44,232 nucleotides of DNA from a virus. Lineage: Duplodnaviria; Caudoviricetes. Of the stretch, positions 24,200-33,325 are shown piece after piece. A model generated the notes under the pieces. That model made no database searches. It saw only the letters and a list, made by a program, of their open reading frames with translations, and was not told the origin of the DNA. Within the stretch, counting starts at the first letter, position 1, and the number at the start of each line of letters is the position of its first letter. The position numbers and the translations under genes were made by a program. The stretch spans positions 1-44,232 of IMG/VR virus record IMGVR_UViG_3300043610_000032; one strand, written 5' to 3'.

Positions 24200-24553
24200 T
24201 CAGACCTCCTCCAGCACCAGCGCGCACCCCTCCACCAGCCCGGCGACCTGCACCCCGTGCGTCAGCGAAGCGACGTTGACCAACAGCGGAGCGCCGGCGT
24301 TCTTCCGCAGCTCGAACGGGCCGAGTCCTTTGCGGCCGTCGAGGAAGGACAGCAGCAGGTCGTAGGTGGCGTCGGTCATCCGCGGGAACGGCAGGTCGAA
24401 CGTCTTCTTCACCGCGACGGTGTCCCGTATGCGGTTCCCGGCCAAGGTGATGTGCTGCCCGGAGATCTTCTCCGACTGCTCCGACATGCCCCGGGCCGGG
24501 TTCGGCAGCGGGATCTGTGCCTGGCCGCGGACGGCGAGCGTGTAGATGGCCAT
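24200..24553 (-). CDS. distal tail protein (Dit-like)
   Basis: 117 aa, TGATG-coupled to the tape measure gene, ends LEEV. Confidence 0.7.
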   Translation of the reverse strand: MAIYTLAVRGQAQIPLPNPARGMSEQSEKISGQHITLAGNRIRDTVAVKKTFDLPFPRMTDATYDLLLSFLDGRKGLGPFELRKNAGAPLLVNVASLTHGVQVAGLVEGCALVLEEV

Positions 24554-27399
24554 CAGCGCCTCGCGTTGCGGAGGGTCTGCCGGCGGTTCGCGTCGTACAC
24601 CTCGCGTTCGGAGATGACCGCGCGCACATCGATCGGACGGTCGGCCAGCGCGACCACGGACCGCAGCAGGGCGCGGTCGGACGGGTCGAGGCGCACCGTC
24701 CCCCCGCCGCCGGCCGCGGCCGGGCCGGCGGCCACCGCGGCGGCGGGGAGCGCCCGGCCGGCGTTCAGCGCGTCCACGGCACGCGGGCCGCCGAGCGCGT
24801 CCACGGCACGCCGACGCAACACGCCCTCGTGTGGCGCCAGCCACAGCGGCCCGACGGTGTCACCCGGACCGGCGGCAGGCCACGGGGCGGACACGTCGCC
24901 GGTGCCACGCTCATACCCGATCTTCCCGCCGCTCTTGGCCGTCGTGATGTTCTCGGTGAAGTTGTACAGATACGTCTTCGCAATCTTTCCGTTCAACGCG
25001 GCCAGCGCCCGGGCGACCGCGCTGATGTTCGCCATCGCCTGCCGGATGTTCGCGTCGATCGTCGGTTTCACTTTCGCCGCGCCGACCTTCAACATCCGAC
25101 CGAGCAACGTGTCCATGTCGGTCGTGGATATACCGGAGCGGATCCCCAGGTTCCGGATCGAGTCGATCTGACGCCAGAACGCCGCCGTGGCCTCATCGGC
25201 TGACGCGCTGTCCTTGACCATCGCCTCAGCGTGTCTCTCCGCCTGGTCGAACAGGGACCCGAACAGTTGAATGTTCTTCTCCCCGGCGTCAGTCCAGTCA
25301 TCCAGCGAGCCCTTGCTGTCCTTCAACTGCTTCTCGGCGGCCATCAGCGCCTGCCGCCAGTCCGAGTCAGCCTTGACCAGATCGACGTGCCGGCCGATGT
25401 AGAAGTCGTACTCGTCGGTGAGTTCCTTCACCGCGCCGGACAGTTTCCCGGTGGCCTCCGCCAGATTGTCGGTGGACATCTTCCCACCGACCATGAACGA
25501 GGTGTAGGTGACAACCTTCCCGCCGGCATCCTGGATCGACGTGCCCATGTCGTCGGTGGCCTGCCCGGTGAGGACCGCCTGCGCCCGCGTGGCCTCCAGC
25601 GCCGCAGCGTACTGCGGGAACTTCGCGGCGACCTGCTGCGCGGTGAAACCTTGCGCGCCGAGCGCGTCGGTCAGCGTCGCCATGATCTTCGCCGCGTTCT
25701 TCGGGTCACCCCGCGCGAACTCGGACATCTGCTTGTCCAGGTCCGCGAATCCTTCCCGGGCGAGCTTAGAGCCCATCCCGCCGTCCTCCGCCGCCTGGGC
25801 GTAGAGCACGAACTCGTCCGACAGTTCCCGTACCGGCTTCCTGCCGGCGGCGATCTCCACGAACAGGTCGGCGTAGTGCTGCGCGATGACCTCCGGGCTG
25901 GAGGCGGCGTGACCGGTCAACTTGTCGAACTGGTTACTGAGCGCGTGCAGGCCCTCGTAGACGGCACCGATCCCGGCGACGGCGACGCCGAGATTGCCGA
26001 GCATCCCGATCCCCCGGGACGCTGCCATGCCGGCCTTGCCGGCCTTCTCCATCTCCTGCCGGGCGGTCCGCAGCTTCGGCACGAACGTCCCGTACGCCCC
26101 GGCCGCGAGCAGCGTGCCACCGACCAGCGCCAACGTCGCGGACACTCCGGTCTGGACCGGGCCGGGTAGATCGCTGAACGCGTTCACGGCGCCGGTCGCG
26201 GCCTGCGCGAGTCCCCGGAGCACCCCGGTCGCACCGGTGCCGCCCTTGATCAGCGCAGTCTCGAGCGACCCCTTGAGCTGTTCGAGGTCCCCGGCGAGGT
26301 TGTCCATCCGGGCCGCCGCGAACCGCGCCGCGTACCCGGAATCGTTGACCTTCGCGGTCCAGTCATCCACCGCCTGCGCGCCACCCGCGTACAGAATGCG
26401 CGCCACAGAGATCTGCTCGTTGCCGAAGATAGCCGCCAGTGCCACGTCCCGCTGCTGTGCCGACAAGCCGGACAGCGACCGGTGCAACTGCTCGGCGACG
26501 CCGCGGAACCCCACAAACTTGCCGTGGGCGTCGTAGACGTTGATCCCCAGGTCCTTCATGGTGCCCGCGGCCTTCGCCGACGGACCCGTCAACGCGGTCA
26601 GCACCCCGCGCAGCCCAGTGCCCGCCGAATCGGCCATAATCCCGTTCGAGGCCAGCTCGGCCAGCGTGCCAGTGGTCTCCTCCAGCGACACGCCCATCTG
26701 CGATGCGGTCGGTCCCACATACTTCATCGCCAGCCCGAGGTCTTCGACGGACCCCTGAGCCTTCCCCGCTCCCGCCGCCAGCAGGTCGGCGATGTGCGGG
26801 ATGTCCTTACCGGCCAGCTTGAACTGGGTCATCGTCGAGGCCGCGATCTCTGCGGCCCGGCCCAGATCGAGGCTGCCGGCCGTCGCCAGATTCAGGCTGC
26901 CGATCAGCCCGCCGGACAGCACGTCCTTGACGGACACGCCGGCCTTCGCCAGCTCCTCCTCCGCGCGTGCCGCGTCCTGCGCGCCGAACACCGTCGCCTG
27001 ACCTGCGGCGATCGCAGCGTCCCGCAGACCGGCGAGATCCTTGCCGGTCGCCCCCGACGCCGCGCCGACCGCGGACATCTGCTTGTCGAACCCGAGGGTC
27101 GCGTACTCGGCGGCGCCGAACGCGGCCACCAACGCGCCACCGACCATCATCGCGTGCTTGGACGTGGCGAGCCGGGCGTCTTCGGTGGACTTCTTCGCCT
27201 TCGCCATCTGCGACGCGACTTCGGCGTTCGCCTTCGCCGCCTTGCCCTGCGCCATCTCGAACTGCTGCTGAAGAAGAATCGCCTTCTTCAGCTCGGCGTT
27301 GAACTCGCGGGTCGCCTTCCCGGAGTTCTTCACCGCCGCATTGAGCGGACCCATCGACGCTTTCCCGTTGACGGTGACGGTGCGAGTTGTGCTACCCAT
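24553..27399 (-). CDS. tape measure protein (TP901-type core)
   Basis: About 948 aa, Ala/Gly-rich; FDKQMSAV.A, ELAKAG, AGTGLR, MDNLAGDLEQL.G. Confidence 0.93.
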   Translation of the reverse strand: MGSTTRTVTVNGKASMGPLNAAVKNSGKATREFNAELKKAILLQQQFEMAQGKAAKANAEVASQMAKAKKSTEDARLATSKHAMMVGGALVAAFGAAEYATLGFDKQMSAVGAASGATGKDLAGLRDAAIAAGQATVFGAQDAARAEEELAKAGVSVKDVLSGGLIGSLNLATAGSLDLGRAAEIAASTMTQFKLAGKDIPHIADLLAAGAGKAQGSVEDLGLAMKYVGPTASQMGVSLEETTGTLAELASNGIMADSAGTGLRGVLTALTGPSAKAAGTMKDLGINVYDAHGKFVGFRGVAEQLHRSLSGLSAQQRDVALAAIFGNEQISVARILYAGGAQAVDDWTAKVNDSGYAARFAAARMDNLAGDLEQLKGSLETALIKGGTGATGVLRGLAQAATGAVNAFSDLPGPVQTGVSATLALVGGTLLAAGAYGTFVPKLRTARQEMEKAGKAGMAASRGIGMLGNLGVAVAGIGAVYEGLHALSNQFDKLTGHAASSPEVIAQHYADLFVEIAAGRKPVRELSDEFVLYAQAAEDGGMGSKLAREGFADLDKQMSEFARGDPKNAAKIMATLTDALGAQGFTAQQVAAKFPQYAAALEATRAQAVLTGQATDDMGTSIQDAGGKVVTYTSFMVGGKMSTDNLAEATGKLSGAVKELTDEYDFYIGRHVDLVKADSDWRQALMAAEKQLKDSKGSLDDWTDAGEKNIQLFGSLFDQAERHAEAMVKDSASADEATAAFWRQIDSIRNLGIRSGISTTDMDTLLGRMLKVGAAKVKPTIDANIRQAMANISAVARALAALNGKIAKTYLYNFTENITTAKSGGKIGYERGTGDVSAPWPAAGPGDTVGPLWLAPHEGVLRRRAVDALGGPRAVDALNAGRALPAAAVAAGPAAAGGGGTVRLDPSDRALLRSVVALADRPIDVRAVISEREVYDANRRQTLRNARR

Positions 27400-27757
27400 C
27401 GCCGCCCCCCGGGTCATAACTGGTGATCACATACACGCCGTCGGTGTCGCCGTCGCGCAACTGCTTTCCCTTACGGGCCGTCGCCGCGCACGCCCAGCAA
27501 TGCCGCACCTCCGGCAACCAGTCATTCATCCGGTCCGGGTCCCACGCCCGATCGACCGGATGCCCGCAGCCGGGACACTGCGAATCCAGTTCCGCCTGCC
27601 ACGCCAGCGCCTCATCCAAGTCCTGCGGCAACCACAGCGGCTCACCGTCGGCCGGGACCCGGCCGAGAAGCACCGACCGCGGCACCCGCATGTGATGCGC
27701 CAGCTTCAGCTCGGCGCGGAACCCCGGAGAACGGCGGACGCGATCGACGATTTTGGG
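27392..27757 (-). CDS. tail assembly chaperone, -1 frameshift extension (gpGT part)
   Basis: The -1 frame is open from the slippery site: PKIVDRVRRSPGFRAELKLAHHMRVPRS..W..D..ALAW..CPGCGH..CWAC. Confidence 0.8.
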   Translation of the reverse strand, partial: PKIVDRVRRSPGFRAELKLAHHMRVPRSVLLGRVPADGEPLWLPQDLDEALAWQAELDSQCPGCGHPVDRAWDPDRMNDWLPEVRHCWACAATARKGKQLRDGDTDGVYVITSYDPGGGDG

Positions 27758-28260
27758 CCGGGGTCAGAGCTGCCCTGATTCGCGAACAGACACGCCTGCC
27801 ACAGCAGCGTCCACTGACCGACCGACCAGTCCTCGAACGCCTCCGTCGCCGTTTCCAGGGTGACCCCGGCCGGTTCGATACACGACGCGGCGACCAGCGC
27901 CGGTGGGAACGTTTCGGAGTTCACCATCGCCGACATGCCGACCTCGGCCAGCTCCGCGGCCTGCTTCTCCGTCGGCGGATGCGCCGCCACCAGATCGGAG
28001 TGTTCGCGCCGGCCGAGCCCGCGGAACCGGAACGTCACCGACGCGGCCTCGCAGTCCTCCTGTAGCCGTTCCACCTCCGTCGCCAGTTCCATCTGCAAGA
28101 CGGCCTCGGGGTCGCCGATGTTCGGGGCCGGGTTCTTCCGCCGGGAGGCGACCAGCGCCTCCTCGGCGGCCTCCTTGTCGGCGACGGGATCTCCGCGCAG
28201 GCAGATCCGCACCGACTTCTCCGTACGGCCAACAGGCTGCCCCCACGACCAGCCGGTCAC
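27706..28260 (-). CDS. tail assembly chaperone (gpG)
   Basis: Between tail tube and TMP; F.FRGLG..L.AAHPP..FPPALVAA..GQW..LW. Confidence 0.8.
   Translation of the reverse strand: MTGWSWGQPVGRTEKSVRICLRGDPVADKEAAEEALVASRRKNPAPNIGDPEAVLQMELATEVERLQEDCEAASVTFRFRGLGRREHSDLVAAHPPTEKQAAELAEVGMSAMVNSETFPPALVAASCIEPAGVTLETATEAFEDWSVGQWTLLWQACLFANQGSSDPGPKSSIASAVLRGSAPS
27751..27757 (-). promoter_or_regulatory. programmed -1 frameshift heptamer C CCA AAA
   Basis: XXXYYYZ in the correct phase; the shift joins the two chaperone ORFs. Confidence 0.8.
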
Positions 28261-28760
28261 ACGACCGCCACGTCGATCGCCGGGTCGGCGGTGATCGCGA
28301 CCTTGATCGTGAACGAGTACGGGGCGTCGCCAATCTGGTCCGACTCGGCGCTGATCACCGACCCGGGCCACACCTCCACCCGGTGGGTGGCGATGACCGC
28401 GGCGGTGGAGCCACCGTAGCGGCGGATCCCGACGAACCCGGCGGTGCCGAGCGGCGCCGCCGCGGACAGCGGGATCAGGACCGCCTTGATGGCGTCCACG
28501 GTGGTGGTTGTCCGGTCCTCCCTGAACTTCATCTCCATCGGGTCGCCGCCGTACGTGGACGGGACGGTCTTGTTGAACGCGCTGGCGACGTCGGAGGCGT
28601 CGTTGGTGTTGCCGCCCTTCGGGGTGGTCAGACCATCCCGGAGCATCTGCCCCGACAGGACCGTCCCGGCCGTGAACTCGGCTGCGGTCGGCGCGTTGAT
28701 GTTCGAACAGGATGCCATCCAGACGACCCGCAGGTTGCCGGCCGGGTTCGCGCGGACCAT
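28257..28760 (-). CDS. major tail (tube) protein
   Basis: GN.RV.W..APT.AE..G..LS..GF..IRR..VEVWP, an actinophage tail-tube pattern; synteny. Confidence 0.85.
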   Translation of the reverse strand: MVRANPAGNLRVVWMASCSNINAPTAAEFTAGTVLSGQMLRDGLTTPKGGNTNDASDVASAFNKTVPSTYGGDPMEMKFREDRTTTTVDAIKAVLIPLSAAAPLGTAGFVGIRRYGGSTAAVIATHRVEVWPGSVISAESDQIGDAPYSFTIKVAITADPAIDVAVV

Positions 28761-28763
28761 CGG

Positions 28764-29024
28764 CTACTCCTCATCCTTCGTAGGTCCCGCCTTGCCGCGG
28801 GCAGCAGAACGCCCGCCGGACTTGGCGGGCGTGACGTCACGTTCGGCGGGTTCCCGGGGTGGCCGCCCGGCGACCGCCGCGTCGAGAGCAGCCTGCGTCT
28901 CGGCGGGCTGCTCACATTCGACCCAGCCCCGGTGCCGGTAGACCGCCTCGAACGCCGCCCGGGGGGTCTCCGCTGCCGCGTTGTCCGGCAGGTCCGGGTG
29001 CCGCATCCACACGTAGACGCTCAC
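28764..29024 (-). CDS. small hypothetical protein
   Basis: MRHPDL..A...Y..RGW; GTGA coupling. Confidence 0.65.
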   Translation of the reverse strand: MSVYVWMRHPDLPDNAAAETPRAAFEAVYRHRGWVECEQPAETQAALDAAVAGRPPREPAERDVTPAKSGGRSAARGKAGPTKDEE

Positions 29025-29350
29025 CGGCGGACCGCCGCGCACGTCACCGACGTCGTCTGGGAGTGGGAGACCGTGACCAGACCGGTGGACGTGTTCGCCA
29101 AGGCCAGCGGAAGGGCGATCATCCGGTCACCGGTAGTGATCGGCACGGTGACCGTCGGGTTCGTCGCCACCGACCCGGCCGGGGTGATCCCCGGGTCGGT
29201 GATCGTCACCACGTCCTGGGTGCCGGAGGCGTTCTTCACATGCAGCCACACCCGGTCGTCGCCGACGGGGATCGTGTCGGAGGCGGCCACGGCGCTGTAC
29301 GACGGCGCCAGCCCGCTGATCGCGATCTGCTGGACGGTGAGCAAGGCCAT
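29021..29350 (-). CDS. beta-rich virion-associated hypothetical protein
   Basis: AGGAG RBS; L.VKN..VTI..V.VP; position in the tail operon. Confidence 0.75.
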   Translation of the reverse strand: MALLTVQQIAISGLAPSYSAVAASDTIPVGDDRVWLHVKNASGTQDVVTITDPGITPAGSVATNPTVTVPITTGDRMIALPLALANTSTGLVTVSHSQTTSVTCAAVRR

Positions 29351-29417
29351 TACGCACTCCTGTCAACCGCCGTACGGTGAGGCGGCATCGAACGGGGCGG
29401 ACGAAGGGCTGGAGCCG

Positions 29418-29699
29418 ATGAGTCAGGCGGAGATGTCGCAGCAGAAACCGGCGCCGACGATCAAGGCGTTCGGGTGGGGGATGGCGTTCGTGATCGCCGT
29501 GTCGCTAGGCCTGGGCGGACTGGTCGGGAACAAGACGGCGCATTCGACGACCGCCCCGCCGGCATGTCTGGCAGCGCTGAACTGGGCGGACACGGTCATG
29601 GCCGACGCCAGCAAGGGACTCGGCGCAGGCGGGTCGGGCGACCTCCGGATGGACGTGGATCAGTACCTCGCGCAGAAGGCGAAGTGCCGGGACTCTTAG
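29418..29699 (+). CDS. antisense moron: membrane-anchored protein with two Cys
   Basis: GGAG RBS; TM FGWGMAFVIAVSLGLGGLVG; PPACLAAL.WAD..KC; fills the gap between two minus-strand genes. Confidence 0.7.
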   Translation: MSQAEMSQQKPAPTIKAFGWGMAFVIAVSLGLGGLVGNKTAHSTTAPPACLAALNWADTVMADASKGLGAGGSGDLRMDVDQYLAQKAKCRDS

Positions 29700-30121
29700 G
29701 CCGGCGAGGTGTACACGTCGTAGGTCTCGGCCCGGTACCACATCGCCGGATCGAGGGTGTCGTCGCGCCGGATGCCCGATCCGCCGGTCGGGGACGTCGG
29801 GTCGCAGTGCCGGCCGGCGACGCTCAGGTCTGTGGCCAGCAGCGCGGTGCGGGCCAGGTCGGCGACAGCCTCGACCTGCTCGACCGTGGCGCCCACCGAT
29901 GTCACCTGGAAGCCGTAGACGACGTCCGCGGCGTCGTCTGCGATGGGGCCGTCGAACTGCGGCGTCAGCGGCCATAGGACTGCGTACCGGTCGGCGGTGG
30001 TGTCGTCGGGTTTCCGGCCGACCCCGAGCGGTACCGCGGGGGTTACGGCGTTGAACGCTGCGGTCAGCACCGCGGCGACCGCGGCGGCGTGGGGGCGGAG
30101 CTGCGGGACGGTGATGCTCAC
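29696..30121 (-). CDS. tail terminator protein
   Basis: YAVLW..FQVTSVGAT.EQ..VAD.AR..L..RDD; synteny. Confidence 0.8.
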   Translation of the reverse strand: MSITVPQLRPHAAAVAAVLTAAFNAVTPAVPLGVGRKPDDTTADRYAVLWPLTPQFDGPIADDAADVVYGFQVTSVGATVEQVEAVADLARTALLATDLSVAGRHCDPTSPTGGSGIRRDDTLDPAMWYRAETYDVYTSPA

Positions 30122-30309
30122 GACAAACCCCCGGGGCGCGCGCCGCGTTGCGGGGTACCATCGGCGGCGGGAGCGGGCGGGTGCGCCCGGTCGGTCGGAA
30201 ACCTCGCGGACGCGCGAGCGGAGTACGTCGGCGAACTGCCGCTAGGCCGGAGCCTCAATACGTACGGTTGAGCGCTGGCGGACCGGCGGGGACCCGCATC
30301 CCAAGTCAC
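30118..30309 (-). CDS. 63-aa orphan ORF
   Basis: GTGA overlaps at both ends, but atypical codon use. Confidence 0.35.
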   Translation of the reverse strand: MTWDAGPRRSASAQPYVLRLRPSGSSPTYSARASARFPTDRAHPPAPAADGTPQRGARPGGLS

Positions 30310-30677
30310 AGCATCTTCTCCAGCGCCAACCCGACGCCGTACTCCAGGTCGCCGGCGCACAACGCCAGAGCGCGAGCACCGGAACCATGTGGCGGGTTGT
30401 TGACACTGCCGTACTCGATCAGCCAGCCGAGATCCCCGACGCTGCCCGCCTCCGGGCCGATCTCCACCTCGATGCCGTCGCCGGACAATGTCAGGTCGTA
30501 GCCGATCGTGTACGGGTATCCGGGGGCGTGCGCCAGCCCCGAATCGAAGGACCGCCACAGCGTTTTCACCTTGCCGCCGAAGACGTGCCCGGCCTTGACC
30601 ACGCCGGCCATCACCTTCAGATGCGCCGCGTCCAGGTCCACGATCAGATCGTCCAGGCCGGTGACCTCGAGGGGCAC
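30306..30677 (-). CDS. HK97 gp10-like neck/tail completion protein
   Basis: YPYTIGYD..EIGP..LG.LIEYGS.NNPPH; GAGGAGG RBS. Confidence 0.8.
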   Translation of the reverse strand: MPLEVTGLDDLIVDLDAAHLKVMAGVVKAGHVFGGKVKTLWRSFDSGLAHAPGYPYTIGYDLTLSGDGIEVEIGPEAGSVGDLGWLIEYGSVNNPPHGSGARALALCAGDLEYGVGLALEKML

Positions 30678-30687
30678 GGCGACCTCC

Positions 30688-32553
30688 TCAGCACGTCGGC
30701 GTGGTCCCGCTGTCGGGTCGGGCAGTGGTGCCGGTGCCGGGCCTTGCCGTGGTCCCGGTCGCACCGCGGGTGGTGGTGCCGGTGCTGGGGCGCACGGTGA
30801 CCCCCGAGTCCGGGCGGATGGTCGGCGGCGGGCAGACATGCACCACCGATGGGACCGGAGAGGTGAGGCTGCCGCGCCGACGAAGCGGCCACCATCTCCG
30901 TGTCCGCCGGCCGGCCATCGGCGGCGGCGGGACGGTGACGGTGACGACGACCGGCGGGACGGGTTGAGCGGTGCGCCCGGCGCGCCGCGGCAGCAGCGGA
31001 CGCCGACGGGTCGATGGCGGCGGGATGAGTATGTGGACGGTGACCGGGACCGGCTGCGCGGCCCGCGCCCGGCGGCCGGGTAGTGCCGCCCGGCGGACAC
31101 GTGGGACGTTCGCGGGCGGGGGCGGGGGCGAGGGTGCGACGGCCGCCATCGGCCACGGCGGCTCAGCCCGCCCGTACCTGGGGTGGGGCCGCCACCAGGA
31201 CCGGGGTCGGGGAGTGTTCGCCGGTGGTGGCGGTGGGGATGGTGCGGCGGCGACCGGCGGTGGGACCGGCTGGGCGGTGCTGCCGCGTCGGCGCGAGCCG
31301 GGCCGCGGCCGGCGGGTCGGGGGCTGCGGCGGCGGGGTCTGCGTGACGGTGACGACGATGGCCGCCGGGACCGGCTGGGCGCTGCCACCCCGGCGCCTGG
31401 GGACGATCCGTGGCCGCCGTGTCTGCACCGGTGGCGGTATCTGGATGGTGATCTGCGGGGCGGCCTGGCTGGCCCGCCCACGGCGGCGCGGCGGCGGCGG
31501 GACGGCGGGCCGGCGGCCGGTCGGGGGTGGCGGGACGGTGACGGTGACCAGAACGGCGGTCGGCTGGGCGGGACGGCGCTGGGGCCACCGGCCGCGCCGA
31601 GGAGTCTGCGGCTGCGGCACCCACACCGTCGCCGGTGCCGTGACCGTGACTTGCCATGGCGGCTCAGCCGGACGAGGCCGCCGGGTGGGCGGCCGGGGTC
31701 GCCGGCCGCCGACGTTCGCCGGAGGGGGGACCGGCACCACTACGGCCGCCGGCACGTCATCGCTATTCAGCCAAGGTTGCGTGGCCCATTGGAAACGGCG
31801 CTGCCACGGCCGCATCGGATAGACGACGGCCTGCATCAGCGGGTCGTAGCTGAGCGTGGGCAAGAACATCGGGATCGTCTGCGGCCCAGCGTCACCCGCG
31901 ATGAAACCCGGGCCCGATTGGAGCTCGATACCGAGCAGCGTCCACGTCTGCGACGCCGGGGCGGTCATGCCGATCGTCTGCGCCCCAGCGGCACCGCAGG
32001 ACTGCCAGAAGTAGTAGCCGACGTAGGACGTGGTGCCTGACTTGTCGTGCAGGCCGTCTTCCGTCGCCGAGGAGCGGTAGGCGTGACCGGCGGGGGCGTT
32101 CGCCGTCCAGTCGCCATTGATAGACGTGACGACGCTGTTCGCCGCAACGGTGGTTACCGTCGCGGACGGCGCTGATGCCGCGCCGGTCTTGGTGCTGTTC
32201 GTGGCCGGCGTAGCGGCGAGGATCGCGTTGCCCCACCACTCGACGACCATCGAGTGCCAGCGGGCAGTGCCAGCGAACGGCGCCGACACTTGCAGCGTGT
32301 ACGGCGAGTTCCGCACCGTGGTTGTGAAGATCTTCGCGCCGCAGTGGCTGGCGGTGGAGTCGGAGGCGTCGGTCCGCCACGTCTGCGCCACGCTGGTATT
32401 CGTCGGCGTCCCTGGGACAAGAGATGCATCCTCGGTGATCGTCTTGACGACGATGATGTCACCGTTAGCCGGAGTGAACGCCGGACTCGTCAGCGTCGAG
32501 GTGTCCGAGGCGGCCGAGTCAATCTCGAACTTGTTCAGCAGCACCGGTGGCAT
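30688..32553 (-). CDS. beta-sandwich domain plus Arg/Pro/Thr repeat protein (putative virion decoration/scaffold)
   Basis: Single 621-codon frame: globular N-domain, nine ~32-aa repeats, five C-terminal 8-aa repeats. Confidence 0.75.
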   Translation of the reverse strand: MPPVLLNKFEIDSAASDTSTLTSPAFTPANGDIIVVKTITEDASLVPGTPTNTSVAQTWRTDASDSTASHCGAKIFTTTVRNSPYTLQVSAPFAGTARWHSMVVEWWGNAILAATPATNSTKTGAASAPSATVTTVAANSVVTSINGDWTANAPAGHAYRSSATEDGLHDKSGTTSYVGYYFWQSCGAAGAQTIGMTAPASQTWTLLGIELQSGPGFIAGDAGPQTIPMFLPTLSYDPLMQAVVYPMRPWQRRFQWATQPWLNSDDVPAAVVVPVPPPANVGGRRPRPPTRRPRPAEPPWQVTVTAPATVWVPQPQTPRRGRWPQRRPAQPTAVLVTVTVPPPPTGRRPAVPPPPRRRGRASQAAPQITIQIPPPVQTRRPRIVPRRRGGSAQPVPAAIVVTVTQTPPPQPPTRRPRPGSRRRGSTAQPVPPPVAAAPSPPPPPANTPRPRSWWRPHPRYGRAEPPWPMAAVAPSPPPPPANVPRVRRAALPGRRARAAQPVPVTVHILIPPPSTRRRPLLPRRAGRTAQPVPPVVVTVTVPPPPMAGRRTRRWWPLRRRGSLTSPVPSVVHVCPPPTIRPDSGVTVRPSTGTTTRGATGTTARPGTGTTARPDSGTTPTC

Positions 32554-32571
32554 AGACCCCGCCCCGTCCGG

Positions 32572-33318
32572 CTAGAACATCGGGGAATTCGCGCCGAGCG
32601 CCGGGTACCCCGCCGACGTCGCCGCCGCTATCGCCGCCTCCAGGCTGACCACCTCGGCGTAGGCCCAGTGGTACACACCACCGGTGACGAGCCCCGTGAT
32701 CCCCAGCGGGGTTGATACCCCGATGATCCCGTCGGGATCGGTGCGTCGCAGCACGGCGTAAGAGATCTTCCCGACGTTGGTGTCCTTGCTGATGATCTTG
32801 CATCCGGAGATCTCGGTCCAGCCGGTGACATCGCCCGCGTTCCAGTCGCAGATGACCATGACTCCCTGTCCGCCGGAGATGGTGGCGATATAGGAGTCGG
32901 AGACCGACGACCCGCTGCTCTGGCGGCCCCCGCCCGCGGCGCCGATCGGCGCTCCCGGGTTGTAGCCGGTGATGACCAGCGTGATCAGGTAGGAGTCGTA
33001 GCTTGGCGAGTTCGCCTGGTTGACGATCGTGACGACTGTGGATCCGGGTGTGCCCGATACCACGGCATGCCAGATCCCGGCCTGCCCGTCCAGCGCCGGC
33101 GCCCCCGAGTTCGCATGCTCGTAGATGTCAGTGACCCACGTCTGCGATGGGCTGCTCGACACGACCGGGTCTGCGCCCGGATCGAAGCCCTGCGAGTCGC
33201 CCGCCCACAAGTTCAGGATCAGCGGCGAGTCCGGAGGTGTGAACGGCGGTCCCGCGTTCGACGCCCCGGCCGCGAAATGCGGGGCAGGAGACGAGCCGTC
33301 GATGACGAGCCCCGTCAT
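32572..33318 (-). CDS. beta-rich putative virion protein
   Basis: 248 aa, G/S/T-rich; paralogous to the N-domain of the next gene. Confidence 0.75.
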   Translation of the reverse strand: MTGLVIDGSSPAPHFAAGASNAGPPFTPPDSPLILNLWAGDSQGFDPGADPVVSSSPSQTWVTDIYEHANSGAPALDGQAGIWHAVVSGTPGSTVVTIVNQANSPSYDSYLITLVITGYNPGAPIGAAGGGRQSSGSSVSDSYIATISGGQGVMVICDWNAGDVTGWTEISGCKIISKDTNVGKISYAVLRRTDPDGIIGVSTPLGITGLVTGGVYHWAYAEVVSLEAAIAAATSAGYPALGANSPMF

Positions 33319-33325
33319 CTGCGGC

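Noticed and set aside
29361-29366. Minus-strand TTGACA as a promoter
   Set aside because: It abuts the RBS and has no -10 box at 16-18 bp
27903-29417. N-terminal 505 codons of the 598-aa plus-strand ORF
   Set aside because: Shadow of tail genes; only 29418-29699 has an RBS and protein-like content
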